Part shown: piece after piece, positions 42,271 through 52,758 of the stretch
Layout of the letters: the number at the start of each line of letters is the position of its first letter
Numbering within the stretch: the first letter of the stretch is position 1
From: a virus
Direction: 5' to 3' (one strand)
IMG/VR virus record: IMGVR_UViG_3300031754_000002
Location: 41,859-105,858 of that record
Length of the DNA stretch: 64,000 nt
The notes under the pieces: generated by a model
Database searches by the model: none
Told to the model about the DNA's origin: nothing
What the model saw: the letters and a program-made list of their open reading frames with translations, nothing else
Made by a program: the position numbers and the translations under genes

Positions 42271-43050
42271 TCACGTTGAGCCCTCAATTCGTCTTAGCGC
42301 GTCTCCCTGGCCCTCCAGGAGCTCAACCTTGAACCGCGCCCTCAACTCCAGCACGCTCTGTTCTCCTGTGGACCGTAGGGTTGGGTGCTCGGGCTTCTCG
42401 CGCATGCGGTTGATGGCGTTCACGTGGTTCCAGACGGTTTCTCGGGTCAACGGGGTCATGTTGGCTACGAAGTCCTGCACCGACATTGAGCCCGACGGAG
42501 AGCCTTGGCGTGGCGCTTTCTCGGCCATTTTGTCAATTCGCTCATCGTCGCCTTCCTTACCGATACCCGACAATGCGTATCGGATATCCAAGTACTTTTT
42601 GCGACGATCGTTCTGGCCGTTGTGATGCGGCGATGACGCGAGTCCGTCAATAGCTTCGCAGCACTGCTGCTCTGAGCGAGCGGCCAGCGCTTTGCTGATG
42701 ATCCGCCTGCGCTTCGCTTCAAGCGTCCTGGCATGAGCACCAGGGATTACGCGCTGGTAGTGGTCCCAGACTCGTGATACCTCGGGCATAATCGCGCGCG
42801 TACGCGCATGTGCGCGCGGTGTTGTCCCTGATCGCTTTTCTAGTGGAGACTCTATGCCTTGCTCTGAGTTAAGCGCATCAGCTACAAGCGATTGCTGTCT
42901 CTCGCTCATACTCCCTTCCGCCCGCCCCCACGCTATCACGTGGAGAGCAAAAGTCAAGGACTTAATTCTGCCGACTACGTTTCCCCTGCTATCGAGCAGA
43001 TTTCCGTGGTCGTCTAGCGTGAGCGTCACTAGCTCGCTCGTATGGATCAT
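42271..43050 (-). CDS. Putative phage replication initiator
   Basis: Upstream of dnaB. CG-alternating tract encoding RAHARTRA, followed by VWDHY...AIDG...NG.N typical of phage O-like C-terminal domains. Confidence 0.45.
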   Translation of the reverse strand: MIHTSELVTLTLDDHGNLLDSRGNVVGRIKSLTFALHVIAWGRAEGSMSERQQSLVADALNSEQGIESPLEKRSGTTPRAHARTRAIMPEVSRVWDHYQRVIPGAHARTLEAKRRRIISKALAARSEQQCCEAIDGLASSPHHNGQNDRRKKYLDIRYALSGIGKEGDDERIDKMAEKAPRQGSPSGSMSVQDFVANMTPLTRETVWNHVNAINRMREKPEHPTLRSTGEQSVLELRARFKVELLEGQGDALRRIEGST

Positions 43051-43493
43051 GCCCCCATCCTACTCGCTCAGCCACCCTGAATCTACCCCCCGCAACCCGC
43101 AAACTCCGGGTGTTTTCAGCCCACCGTCCACTTCTCGCAGCACTCCACGACGGTCGATAACGAACATGGCATCTCCGAAGTCCACGACTGGGCCTCTCCG
43201 GTGCTCGTCCCAAGCTACGATTCGGGCGTCATGGTGCTCGTCGGCGAGCTTGTCGAGCTTTGAGTGCTGTCGCGCGGTAAGGGCATTGTGCGGGTCAGGA
43301 TGCCATGAGGACCGGATATCCCCAGTGCTCCACCCCGGAATCTGCGGTCTTTTCGTAGCCGGGCACTAGACGCCAGTACTGGGAGTTGGGTAGACTGAAG
43401 TGATGGCTCGACCCAAAGTCAAACACGCCGCGAGGACCCTACACGCTGATTCAAGCATCGGAGAGAGAACTCACGCCAACGACAGGAGACTAG

Positions 43494-43814
43494 ATGGCCG
43501 CTAAAAAAGCAGACGACTTCGACGACCGCTTCCAAGTGCGCTCGGGCTTCGACGGGACCGTGATGCTTCACCACTGGTTCCGGGCAAAGGACGGGCAGCA
43601 GTATGACGTTCTCGCCGGCAACATACGAGTCCTCGCAGCTAACGTGGTCGTCGGGTTTGATCTTCTTACCGACAAAAACGCGAACTGGGTCGCACTGATC
43701 GTGGGGGAGACTGATCAAATCACTATAGCGGGTTGTCAGGTGATGGGGGTCACAGCGTGCGACCTATCCAGCATCACATATGAAGCTAGCCGTACGATCT
43801 ATCGGGTGCCGTGA
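43494..43814 (+). CDS. Hypothetical protein
   Basis: AGGAG RBS; coupled to groES. Confidence 0.5.
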   Translation: MAAKKADDFDDRFQVRSGFDGTVMLHHWFRAKDGQQYDVLAGNIRVLAANVVVGFDLLTDKNANWVALIVGETDQITIAGCQVMGVTACDLSSITYEASRTIYRVP

Positions 43815-44101
43815 TGCAGCTCAAACCCTTGGGTGACCGGCTGATCGTGCAAGCCATTCACGAGTCCGCTGTGCGCGCGAGTGGGCTCATTGTGCCCGCT
43901 ACGGCACAGGAGAGACCGCAGAACGGACGCATGCTCGCTATCGGTGATGGAAGGATCAGCGACAAGGGCCTCCGTGTCCCACCGGATGTGAAAGAGGGTG
44001 ACGAAGTGCTGTACAGCAAGTACGGTGCGACAGAGATCAAACTCAACGGTGAGGACTTGCTGATACTGCGGGAGTCAGACGTGCTCGCTATCGTCACCTA
44101 A
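43811..44101 (+). CDS. groES: Co-chaperonin GroES
   Basis: LKPLGDRLIV, ASGLIVP, VKEGDEVLYSKYGATEIK, ILRESDVLA. Confidence 0.92.
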   Translation: MMQLKPLGDRLIVQAIHESAVRASGLIVPATAQERPQNGRMLAIGDGRISDKGLRVPPDVKEGDEVLYSKYGATEIKLNGEDLLILRESDVLAIVT

Positions 44102-44319
44102 GCTTCACGCACAAGCCGAGACCGTCGGCGCAGCCGGCAATCATCACACGGGCTTAAGCACTGCGGCTTGCCGCGTCCAGCGGTCACGTTTGCACACTTC
44201 AACCCTGGATCAACCCACCACTCGAAAGCGCCCTCAACGCCATCTAGCGTTCGGTGCTCGCTGTAGTAGCGGTTACAAAACGCCTGCCACACGTGCTCTT
44301 TAGCGGGCGTGTTCACGTG

Positions 44320-44685
44320 TCAACACCGAACATCGCGCAAGTCCACTGGTGGCGTCCAACCTATCGGCATAACCCACACGTGCCGTAGATTGCAGTTGTC
44401 CACAACTGCAACGAGGGGCGGGAACACCTCGATAGCCCAGCGCTGCGCACCATCCGGCGCGATCCGGTCCTTGATGCGCAGGAGATCATGCCACGGGATT
44501 TCTGTTCCCTCGTCGTGCCGGCGCACGCAAAGATGGTCAATGCCGGGATGCGTGGGGTGCTGAAATAGCTGCACGCTGTAGGTCTCGTTGAGCCATCCGC
44601 CGACTGCTGCCGGGTTCGGGTGCCTCGCTTGGACTAGCATGGAGCGATTCTCCCACGGGCCTTCCGCTCCCGTCCCGAGCTTCAC
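44320..44685 (-). CDS. Conserved phage protein
   Basis: WHDLLRIKD...AIEVFP...VVDNCNLRHVW. Confidence 0.6.
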   Translation of the reverse strand: MKLGTGAEGPWENRSMLVQARHPNPAAVGGWLNETYSVQLFQHPTHPGIDHLCVRRHDEGTEIPWHDLLRIKDRIAPDGAQRWAIEVFPPLVAVVDNCNLRHVWVMPIGWTPPVDLRDVRC

Positions 44686-45707
44686 TCGCGCTCCTTCACC
44701 ACAACCTTGACCCGTCGGCTCGGTGTCGCTGTCACCTTAGCGCGATCCAACGCCGCAGTAGTTCCGCTCACCTTGCGGAGCGCCACTATCCCCGCCTTCA
44801 CCGCGCTAGCCGTATAATTCACCTTCACCACCGGCAACACGTTCTCCCCCAACGATAGCACTATCCGCTTCAACCCCTCGGCCGTCTCTTTCAATGACAG
44901 GTTCAACGGAACATCCAACACGAGTGTTATCTGCCGCTTCAATGCTTTACCAGCAGCATCGGGGGTGATAGTGCCACGCTCGATTAGTGCGCGTAGCTCG
45001 GTTTCCAGTGCATCGGGTGGGTAGCTGTCGGTGCCTGCTGTTGGGGATGGCGCGGAAAGCTCGTACTGGAGTGTCTGCGGGTCGCCCACACGGACCGTCC
45101 AAACGGCGCCCCGGTCCAATCTCTCAAGCAGGGCGCTATTTACGATGGCTTCGGCGTCTGCGAGTTCGCCGCGCAACTGCTGCTGGTGAACCATGAACGC
45201 TGCGAGTGTTTCCGTGTCGGCGTCACGGACTGCCAGCCGCTCGCCGGTCACACGGTCGAGAACGCTCAGCGTAATTGGTTGAAGGTCTATATGCTCAGCC
45301 ATGTCTCGCTCCGAATGTTGTGGGTCGCTCCTGCGGCGGCAAGGCATCCAAGAACGCCGCCCGCTTACTCCAATCGAGCAGCACATCCAATCCACGCCGA
45401 TCCGCCGTGTGCCTCCAGATTGATTGTGCCGCGGCATCCCGCAACCCTTCGGCGACATCCCGCTCATACCGTAGAGTCGCCACATGCTTGTCGCCTCGCG
45501 CGAGATCCTGAGCGACACTGATCGCGACCCCCTCAGCCTTCAAGCGAGTGATTGCCTGCGCGAGCGCTTCCCTATAGGCTCTCTCCGCGTCAGCGTAATG
45601 ACGCCCCTTTTGTGCGTACCACCGCTCAGCGTTCTGTTGTGCTTCGGAGGCCGCGCGATTCGCAGCAACGGCGGCAGCAAAATCAAACGGCTCGCTCTGC
45701 GTTACCA

Positions 45708-46721
45708 TCAGAAAGGCACATCATCGACCGGACTCTCGGCATCCACAAGCGACGATCGGTCGGGCTCCTGCACCGTTGCTGCAGGGTCTCCATCGGCCGA
45801 CGGTTCGCTCGCCGCTGTTTTCGCCTGTGCCTCGGCTGCCTGCTCACGTTCCCGTGCCTGCTCATCACGCATTTCTTTGAGCGTCTTAGCGAACAAGCCG
45901 ATACACCGCGTCAACACGTAGGGATAGTAGTCGGGTTTCACTTGGCAGCAAACATCGACCGCCTTGCGTGCGCGCTCATCACCGGCCGGTAGGTTGAGCA
46001 TGAACGCCATCGCGCGGTAGGCTTGCCCCAACTGCTCGGCGGACGCGGCAACACCATACTCCAACGCGGGCTGGGCGGGCATCTCTTCGGCTGGTGTAGG
46101 GTTGTATCCTGCAATAGCGACTATCCAACCCAACGCCGCACGGAAGGCGCGAGAGGCAGCTCGCGTTTCGGCCTGACTTCTGAGCATCGGGTCGGGCTTT
46201 GGCATCCACTGGTGCTCCGCCCGAGAACACATCCCCGAGGCTCGTCCGATAACCACGCCGCCAGCAGTCTTGACCTCCACGGTTGCTTCCCAATCCTGGC
46301 CCTCAACGTCATACTCGATTTCCTTCTCAAGCACCCGGCTGCCCTTCGGCCCCGAGTACTTCTTCTCAAGCACATGGTAGGTGGTCTTCTCGCCTACGGG
46401 TTTGACGCTGCCGGGGATTGTCTCCGCATGCAACGCCTCGCCACCCAATGCTCCTGTCAAAGCGCCAAGAGCCTGCCATGCGCCGATTTCAAGGTGTGGC
46501 TTGCGGCCACCCATCGCCACCGCGAAGCCTTGGGCTTTCACGAGTCGGTCGAGCGAGTTCGCTATTTCCGTCGCGTGTGCGATCACCTCATCGGCAGTAG
46601 CGCCAGTCACAACACGACCACTCACTAGTGCGCCGTGTGAGTGGACCTCTAGCTCGGTGCTTGGCTCGTCGGGATCGGGCACGACCTCGGCGTCCTGAAT
46701 CGGCGGCTCGGTGTCGGTCAT
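45708..46721 (-). CDS. Putative ssDNA-annealing or recombination protein
   Basis: SQAETRAASRAF...YNPTPAEEM; acidic tail ending DDVPF. Confidence 0.5.
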   Translation of the reverse strand: MTDTEPPIQDAEVVPDPDEPSTELEVHSHGALVSGRVVTGATADEVIAHATEIANSLDRLVKAQGFAVAMGGRKPHLEIGAWQALGALTGALGGEALHAETIPGSVKPVGEKTTYHVLEKKYSGPKGSRVLEKEIEYDVEGQDWEATVEVKTAGGVVIGRASGMCSRAEHQWMPKPDPMLRSQAETRAASRAFRAALGWIVAIAGYNPTPAEEMPAQPALEYGVAASAEQLGQAYRAMAFMLNLPAGDERARKAVDVCCQVKPDYYPYVLTRCIGLFAKTLKEMRDEQAREREQAAEAQAKTAASEPSADGDPAATVQEPDRSSLVDAESPVDDVPF

Positions 46722-47824
46722 GCGAACAGCACTTGCTCGCCGCAGTCAGGACACTCGCGCACCTGCACGATAAGCGGAAGCCCCGTCTCCTGGTGCGCCC
46801 GGTACGCTGGAGCGCCTTCTGGCGGGTACATAACGTAGTGCGCCTCATGTGCGTCTATCGCCGCGATAACGTCGGCTGCTGTTTCTCGCACATCGTCAGC
46901 GAGTTTGACCTGCGTGTGGTGCAGTAGCTCGGGGTTAGCTGAGCATGGCTCCCGGTGCGTTGCGTAGATGCGCTTCTCCGGTACCCTCATGCGCTGGCGC
47001 CCTGCGCAGCCCTATGCAGTCGCCTTAGCGCTTCTACATAGCTCGCTTGCCGTGCTGGATTCCAATGCTCCGGTGGCCTGTTCCCGTACTCCTCGCCGAG
47101 TGCGTCAAGCAGCGCCAAGGCGTGCTCGGGGTCCAGGGGCACGTAATGGATGCCAGCTATACGTACGGGATCGCCGTACTCGACAATCTCGACGCTCACG
47201 CCGCCGCCCTGTCTACATGCGGCCCGGCGTTATGCCGCTCAATGATCGCAGCCTTGAGTGCTTCGCCCGGAGGGATAACGATGTGTGTCGGTGGCTCGTG
47301 CTCCCGTGATATACACCGGATGTTACCGGAACCACCCGTGTCTGTCAAGAGCCCCGGAACAAAAGAACGGGACGCCCCGAAGGACGCCCCGTGACCACAA
47401 GCGATTGCAAACCACAACGCCCCAGGATGGGACGCGCCGCGAAGCCTACCACAAAAAAGCTCGCCGTGAGATTGGTGGTAGTGGGTCAGTTTCAATCGAG
47501 TAGCCCCGCGATCTCGCACTTCACGATCTTTTATGCCCGACCGCTTCTAACGAAAACCCCCTGCAATTCTAAGGGTTAAAATCCGTCATCCGGCGGGTAG
47601 GCTAGCTTTCCACGTAGATAGGGCCTGGTCCGACGGAGGCAGGAATCCTGACTTCTGCGCCAAGCGTTCGGTCCACACCAAAGCTAGACCCTTCGGTGTG
47701 GTGGGACTTTCTTCCCGCTGGGACCTACCGCCACTTCTGCACGCCTACCGGGCTGAGCCTATAGGCTAGAGGCCCGACAGGCGGAAGTTTCGTCTTTAGC
47801 ACAATTTCCCCTGCAAAGCCCCGA

Positions 47825-48667
47825 CTAACCGTCCAGCAATGCGGCGATCTCGCGCAGGCTCCAAATGTGATCTGCGACGCCAGCAGCCATCGCGGGCGTC
47901 CGAGGATAGGGGTTGGCGAGCGTCGAGTGGACCCGCGCGAAGTTGTAGTGCATGTAGTGGAGGCTGACGGCGTGCGCGAAGTTCTCGGCCTTCTTTGAGA
48001 ACGCGTTGGTCAGGCGTGTGCAGCGCCTCATCCCCATTCGCATCGTCAAGTTCTGCCGCTCGACGTAGCTTGTGCTGATCTTCGCCGGGTCCGGGTCGCC
48101 GCGCTTCACGTCGATGTCGATGCCCGTGCAGACTGCAGGGCTATAGCGGCGTTCCCCGGACGGGTCACGGCCGTAGAGCTTCTGTAGGACGGCCCAGTCC
48201 ACTTCGGTTCCGAATGAGAACCCGATCGCCGCCGCGTACGCCTTCAACCCATCCGTCGTGAGCTGCACATGGCTATCCCGCAGCCGGTGCTTCAAGTCCA
48301 TCATGAACAGGAAGCCGTCTTCCGCGTTGCGCTGGCCCACGTACCAGCTCGGCACGAGCTTCGTGTCCGCGTCTATGGCGATCCACGTCCACACGTTGCC
48401 GTAGCCGTACTTGCCCTTGTGCTGCTCCGGCACGTTCTTCTGCTTGCTGTAGACGAAGTTCCATATCTCATCGCATTGGAGCGTCTTGCACGGCAGGTTG
48501 ACGAGCGTTCGGTCTTGGTAGCTCTCGCAAGCCTCTCCGAGGTCTACGACCAGTTTCGTGATCGTGTTCTTCGCGGCCCCCGTGATCCTCACGGTGCTTC
48601 GGATACTCATGCCCTCGACCAAGCAGCCGATGACCTGCGCGCGCTTCTCTGTGCTCAAGCGATTCAT
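47825..48667 (-). CDS. IS1-family DDE transposase
   Basis: Close paralogue of 17152-17991 (MNRLSTEKRA, DEIW, LTTDG, STSYVERQNLTMR). Confidence 0.9.
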   Translation of the reverse strand: MNRLSTEKRAQVIGCLVEGMSIRSTVRITGAAKNTITKLVVDLGEACESYQDRTLVNLPCKTLQCDEIWNFVYSKQKNVPEQHKGKYGYGNVWTWIAIDADTKLVPSWYVGQRNAEDGFLFMMDLKHRLRDSHVQLTTDGLKAYAAAIGFSFGTEVDWAVLQKLYGRDPSGERRYSPAVCTGIDIDVKRGDPDPAKISTSYVERQNLTMRMGMRRCTRLTNAFSKKAENFAHAVSLHYMHYNFARVHSTLANPYPRTPAMAAGVADHIWSLREIAALLDG

Positions 48668-48807
48668 CCTGACCTATTATGCTTGAGCTATCGGACGGAA
48701 CCGTCGGAGGGCGGAGGACGCACCTTCGCGGCACCACAAAGGCGAAATAGGAGCACCTTCGGCATCCTTCGGGGTCTTCCGTTTGGCGATGCGCTATCCT
48801 AACCCGC

Positions 48808-49416
48808 ATGGCCGATTTGCATATGACGGTGGACCTTGCGAACCCGCAGGATGTTCGGTCGAAGATGCCCGAGATCGAGAGCCTGCTCGCCACCGCGCGG
48901 CAGCAACTTGCCGACGTGGAGGCGCAAGTTGATCTGCTGGAGCGCCTTGTGGGGCAGCCCCCCGCATCGCAGGCTACGTCTACAACGGGTTCCGGCAAGC
49001 GCGCCCGAAGCAAGACGGCGCGGAAAGCGCGGCCCACTCGCAAAGCGGCGCCCGCCCAGGAACGGGCCGTCGAGGCGATCGAAGTGGCTGGCCGTGCTAT
49101 GGGTCCGGCTGAGCTGTTCCGCTTCATGAACGAACACGCACTACCCGGCGCGAACACCGTCGAGCGTCTAGGCTCGATCTTGTGGGCCGCAGCGGGGTCC
49201 GGCCGTCTTGTGAGGACGGACGGCAAGTACGCCCCCACGGGCGGATTCCGTGCCCATCGCGCGCCCGCCGCCGCCGCGTCAAACGGGCAGATGTCCGTGT
49301 CCGCGCAACTGCCTGGACCCAATGGTTCTGGGTCGCCTACGGCAGTTCTACAGACTTCCCCCCAATCCCTATCCCAAGGAGGCGGTGGAGGGCCGAGAGA
49401 GTCGGAGGAAGATTAG
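48808..49416 (+). CDS. IS passenger, coiled-coil plus wHTH-like protein
   Basis: 202-aa ORF divergent from the transposase. Confidence 0.5.
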   Translation: MADLHMTVDLANPQDVRSKMPEIESLLATARQQLADVEAQVDLLERLVGQPPASQATSTTGSGKRARSKTARKARPTRKAAPAQERAVEAIEVAGRAMGPAELFRFMNEHALPGANTVERLGSILWAAAGSGRLVRTDGKYAPTGGFRAHRAPAAAASNGQMSVSAQLPGPNGSGSPTAVLQTSPQSLSQGGGGGPRESEED

Positions 49417-49554
49417 GCCGCTGCCTGGGTGCCTTCCTCTGGGAATGGGTCGGGCCCGACCCATTCCCCTCTCGTGCAGCTATGTTCGACATCTAGTCTA
49501 TCGGTTCCTGCGGCGCTTGACTACGCCTGCGCGGACTGTGAGTCAGCAGGCGCG

Positions 49555-49761
49555 CTAGCCCTGTGTCTGCCAGCGCGCCTGCGCGGCCTTCCGGGCGATC
49601 TCCGAACGCCGCTCGGCCGTGAGCTTCGCTGCACGCGCCGGACCACCCTTCTTACCGCCGTTGCGGCCGTTGACCTGCGCGGGCGTCTCCTGCGGCACCG
49701 GCTGATCGCGCTCGATGGTCGCCTGGACGACCTTGTACGCGAGCTGGTTGAAGTCAGCCAC
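49555..49761 (-). CDS. Small basic IS1 passenger
   Basis: GRNGGKKGGPARAAKLTAERRSEIARKAAQARW. Confidence 0.75.
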   Translation of the reverse strand: MADFNQLAYKVVQATIERDQPVPQETPAQVNGRNGGKKGGPARAAKLTAERRSEIARKAAQARWQTQG

Positions 49762-49780
49762 GTCCTCAATGCTACTCCGG

Positions 49781-49993
49781 TCAGGGGATGCCGTCCCACA
49801 AGCGTCCAGCGGGCACCTTGAACGCCTTGGCGAGGATCACAACCGTCGGGAAGCGTGGTGCCCGTGCGCCGCGCTCCATCTTCGATATCGCCGTGTAATG
49901 CAGCCCGCTGACCCTGGATAGCTCCTCTTGGGACCAGCCACGCTCGGCGCGCAGCTCCTTCATGTTCGCGGCGAAACGCTCGATCGGGCTCAC
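49781..49993 (-). CDS. XRE HTH regulator (IS passenger)
   Basis: MKELRAERGWSQEELSRVSGLHYTAISKMERG. Confidence 0.8.
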   Translation of the reverse strand: MSPIERFAANMKELRAERGWSQEELSRVSGLHYTAISKMERGARAPRFPTVVILAKAFKVPAGRLWDGIP

Positions 49994-50103
49994 GATCCCG
50001 TGAGCTTCAACCGCCCGACCTAGAAAGCCAAGAGACAGACCGTCAAGATTCGTGTAGGCTGACCCTCGACAGCGCCCCCGCACGAGCACAAATCGCCGGG
50101 GGC

Positions 50104-50601
50104 ATGGCCGAACCTAACCGGAGGTCCGACATGCGGAATAATAGCCCGTGGGTTCTGTTCCTGCGTCTTCTTGCTAGCGGCGCCGTCCTGCTCACTATAG
50201 GCGGCTGTGCCAACAGCTCCGCGCAGGTGTCATCAACCCCCACAGCGTCTACAGAACCCACGTATGTCCAGGAGGAACATGCCGAGACAGCCTTCGAGAC
50301 ACGTTTCCGCTCCGAATTCATGGAGGGCAAGAACCAGGGCTATCTACGCTCTAACACGGTACGCTTCAGGACACCATGCCACAGTGACGGGAACGACAAA
50401 TGGACCTGCGAAGGCTGGGGCATGGAAGCCATCGCAGGCAGCGAAAACTGCGTTCTCGTGACCGCCTCCGTGACTGCGAGCGGCGTTGAAGGCGAACTCC
50501 ATGCCGAAACCGAGTCGCCACAGCAAGAAGGATTCAACGTCTGCCGAGAAGGAGCCAAAGAAGGCCAGCCACTCGGCAACCTAAACGCCGAAAGCGGCTA
50601 G
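50104..50601 (+). CDS. Putative lipoprotein (IS passenger)
   Basis: Hydrophobic signal with IGGC lipobox. Confidence 0.55.
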   Translation: MAEPNRRSDMRNNSPWVLFLRLLASGAVLLTIGGCANSSAQVSSTPTASTEPTYVQEEHAETAFETRFRSEFMEGKNQGYLRSNTVRFRTPCHSDGNDKWTCEGWGMEAIAGSENCVLVTASVTASGVEGELHAETESPQQEGFNVCREGAKEGQPLGNLNAESG

Positions 50602-50774
50602 CCCCGAATCAAACTGACCCACTACCAGATTGGTGGTCCCACGGCGAGCTAGCAGTGACAAACGAACGAAGGGCCAGCTACTTCACTTGGCGAGCGAAGC
50701 ATATCACGCCGGGCTCACCCCGGCGTGGCTACATGCCCTGGGTTCCATATTGCCGCTGTTTGCGGGCGATTTCC

Positions 50775-51207
50775 TCAAGGCTCATTGCGCATCACCCCCC
50801 CACACGCAGGCACCGACAACGGCCACGAAGTCCGGTGGCTCGGCTCATAGCTGTTGAAGATGATCGTCTGCTGTTCGGGGGTCGCCGAGGACGCCGAGCC
50901 GTAACGGCCACCACCGGCAGCTTCCCAAGTTGCGGGCATCCATTGGTATGCCCCTTCATAAGGTAAGTCCACGATGTGCCAGTTTACTGTGGACGCTGAC
51001 TCGGAGCCCGGTTCCCCGCTCTCTCGATTCGCTACACACAAGTCGAAGGCGCTCATCTTACCTTCAACTTGAGGCTTATGGTGATGCTTCCACCAGAGTC
51101 GTCCACAACGGACGGTCCGGCAAACATGATGATGATGATGTGTCCTATGCTCCGGCTGGCTGAATCCCAGCGTCACGATCAGTAGGGCAGAAAGAAGAAT
51201 GTCTCAT
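50775..51207 (-). CDS. Rpf-like (lysozyme-fold) transglycosylase; signal peptide apparently frameshifted near the start
   Basis: CVANRESG, GAYQW..ATW...GG, ATPEQQ, SWP...CG. ATG 51207 is one base out of frame with ILLSALLIVTLGF. Confidence 0.7.
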
Positions 51208-51467
51208 GGGCCTCCCGCTAGTTTGCATGGTGCCCACCAGTGCGGCACGGGCCTTCTCGGCATCATCCGCCGAGGCGAAGTCGCGAAGCCTAGCAATACC
51301 TTCAGATAGCAGTCGGGTCGAGCCGGTCCCCGAAGGGATAACCCTACCCGACCCTAACTCGACGGCGCGCTAGCGAGGCGCCCCCTAGGGCAGCCCACAC
51401 CGTCGAACCTAGATGTAGCCTACCGGCGTCCCGCGTGTGCCGAAGTCTCGCAGCCATGTGTGCGTGC

Positions 51468-52754
51468 CTAATCCCTGAACGGGTCCATGGTATCCGGCCC
51501 AGCCATCGCTACCCCCAGCGGTCTAAGAGTATGGACGACTCGTATGCTATCCGCGTGAGCCGCAAGCACCTGATCCAACCGCTTGTAGGCTCCGGGTGCC
51601 TCATCTGCCGCCGCGCCGCGTAGCTCGATATGGCGCGCGGCAAGATCGGCCTTCGCCGCAGCCCAGTCAATCTTGCCGCCGCCTTCCGACACTGGACGCT
51701 TCACCATCTTCACCTGACCGCATTTAGGGCAGCATTCGGGTTTTTGTGTGCCCTTCGGCGCTATCCAGTCACAGTCACGGTTGCAGCACTGTAGACGCCA
51801 GCGCATTTTGCCTGCCGCCTCGTTGCGGGACATCACCCTTCCCGCGCCGTGGACGGTCGAATGCAGGAGTTCTTTCGCTGCCGGCGTGTCCAAACCTTCA
51901 AGGATCACTGAATCCTCCCCCATCGTGCTACCAACGAACCCGCGCTGTCCGGGCCATGCCGGCGTGGCGCCCTTGCGGACCACCCACACCACATTGCCGT
52001 CGTGAACCTCGCGGTAGCAGTGATTGTGGTGGTTGTGGACCGTCGCCACGGTCCAAGTTTCGAGGATGTCGTGACACACCTTCTCGACCACTACATCACG
52101 GCCCGCATAGGCGTACTCGCCTGCGAGCGTTATTGCGGACAGATACGCTTGTCCAAGCTCGGAGTCCTCGCGCAGCAGAACGGGCTCACCATCCTGCTTT
52201 TCCGGTGGCGCCTTGTCTGTGAACTTGCCGCCTTTAGCCATCGCCAGAAACCCGCTCGCGGTCTTATGGCCGAAGCCACGCGAGCCGAAATGAACGCCAA
52301 CCCACAGCCAGCCGTCCTCGTCAGAGAACAAGTCAACGTAATGATTACCGCCCCCGATAGTGCCGAGTTGACTACGGGCAAGTGGCGCGAGTGCGCGTTG
52401 CGGCTCAAAGTCAGCGTTAGCGATCTTGTCGAGTACCGGATGATCTACGGGTTCGGCGTTGGGGCGCCCCATTCCAAAGCTGATCCGCGCGGCGATCTCA
52501 TCCATGATGCGCGGCACGTCGATATCGTCGGCCCTGAGGTTCGTGCGCGATGCTCGGTTTCCACAACTCAAGTCGAACCCGGCGCCGGATACTGACAGGT
52601 GTTCACGATAAGCGACAACGCCGCCCACGGGCTGACTATACCCAAGGTGCCCGTCCGCCATTAGTGCCGCGCCGTACACGTCTTCTCCTTCGGCGCAGCG
52701 TTGTAGCTGCTCGATCGCGTTGGGGTCCACATCACCCCGGACGGGGAAGCCCAC
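51468..52754 (-). CDS. rtcB: RtcB RNA ligase
   Basis: MADGHLGY, GFDLSCG, LGTIGGGNH, VHFGSRG, NHHN, RKGAT, HGAGRVMSR, DEAPGAYK. Confidence 0.93.
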   Translation of the reverse strand: MGFPVRGDVDPNAIEQLQRCAEGEDVYGAALMADGHLGYSQPVGGVVAYREHLSVSGAGFDLSCGNRASRTNLRADDIDVPRIMDEIAARISFGMGRPNAEPVDHPVLDKIANADFEPQRALAPLARSQLGTIGGGNHYVDLFSDEDGWLWVGVHFGSRGFGHKTASGFLAMAKGGKFTDKAPPEKQDGEPVLLREDSELGQAYLSAITLAGEYAYAGRDVVVEKVCHDILETWTVATVHNHHNHCYREVHDGNVVWVVRKGATPAWPGQRGFVGSTMGEDSVILEGLDTPAAKELLHSTVHGAGRVMSRNEAAGKMRWRLQCCNRDCDWIAPKGTQKPECCPKCGQVKMVKRPVSEGGGKIDWAAAKADLAARHIELRGAAADEAPGAYKRLDQVLAAHADSIRVVHTLRPLGVAMAGPDTMDPFRD

Positions 52755-52758
52755 GGCC

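Larger units (their letters stand above)
47477..50626 (-). mobile_element. Second IS1-family element with passenger genes
   Basis: Perfect IRs GGTAGTGGGTCAGTTT and AAACTGACCCACTACC. TSD AGATTGGT at 47469-47476 and 50627-50634. Confidence 0.9.
47453..50650 (-). terminator. Intrinsic terminator split by the IS1 insertion (halves at 47453-47476 and 50627-50650)
   Basis: Reconstructed minus strand: AGCTCGCCGTGGGA-CCACCAA-TCTCACGGCGAGCT followed by a T run. Confidence 0.75.

Noticed and set aside
51210-51440. c-di-AMP (ydaO) riboswitch upstream of the Rpf-like gene
   Set aside because: The context fits, but I could not find the consensus elements (GCTGAA, GGGGAACC, CCCGTCAGCTAAC).
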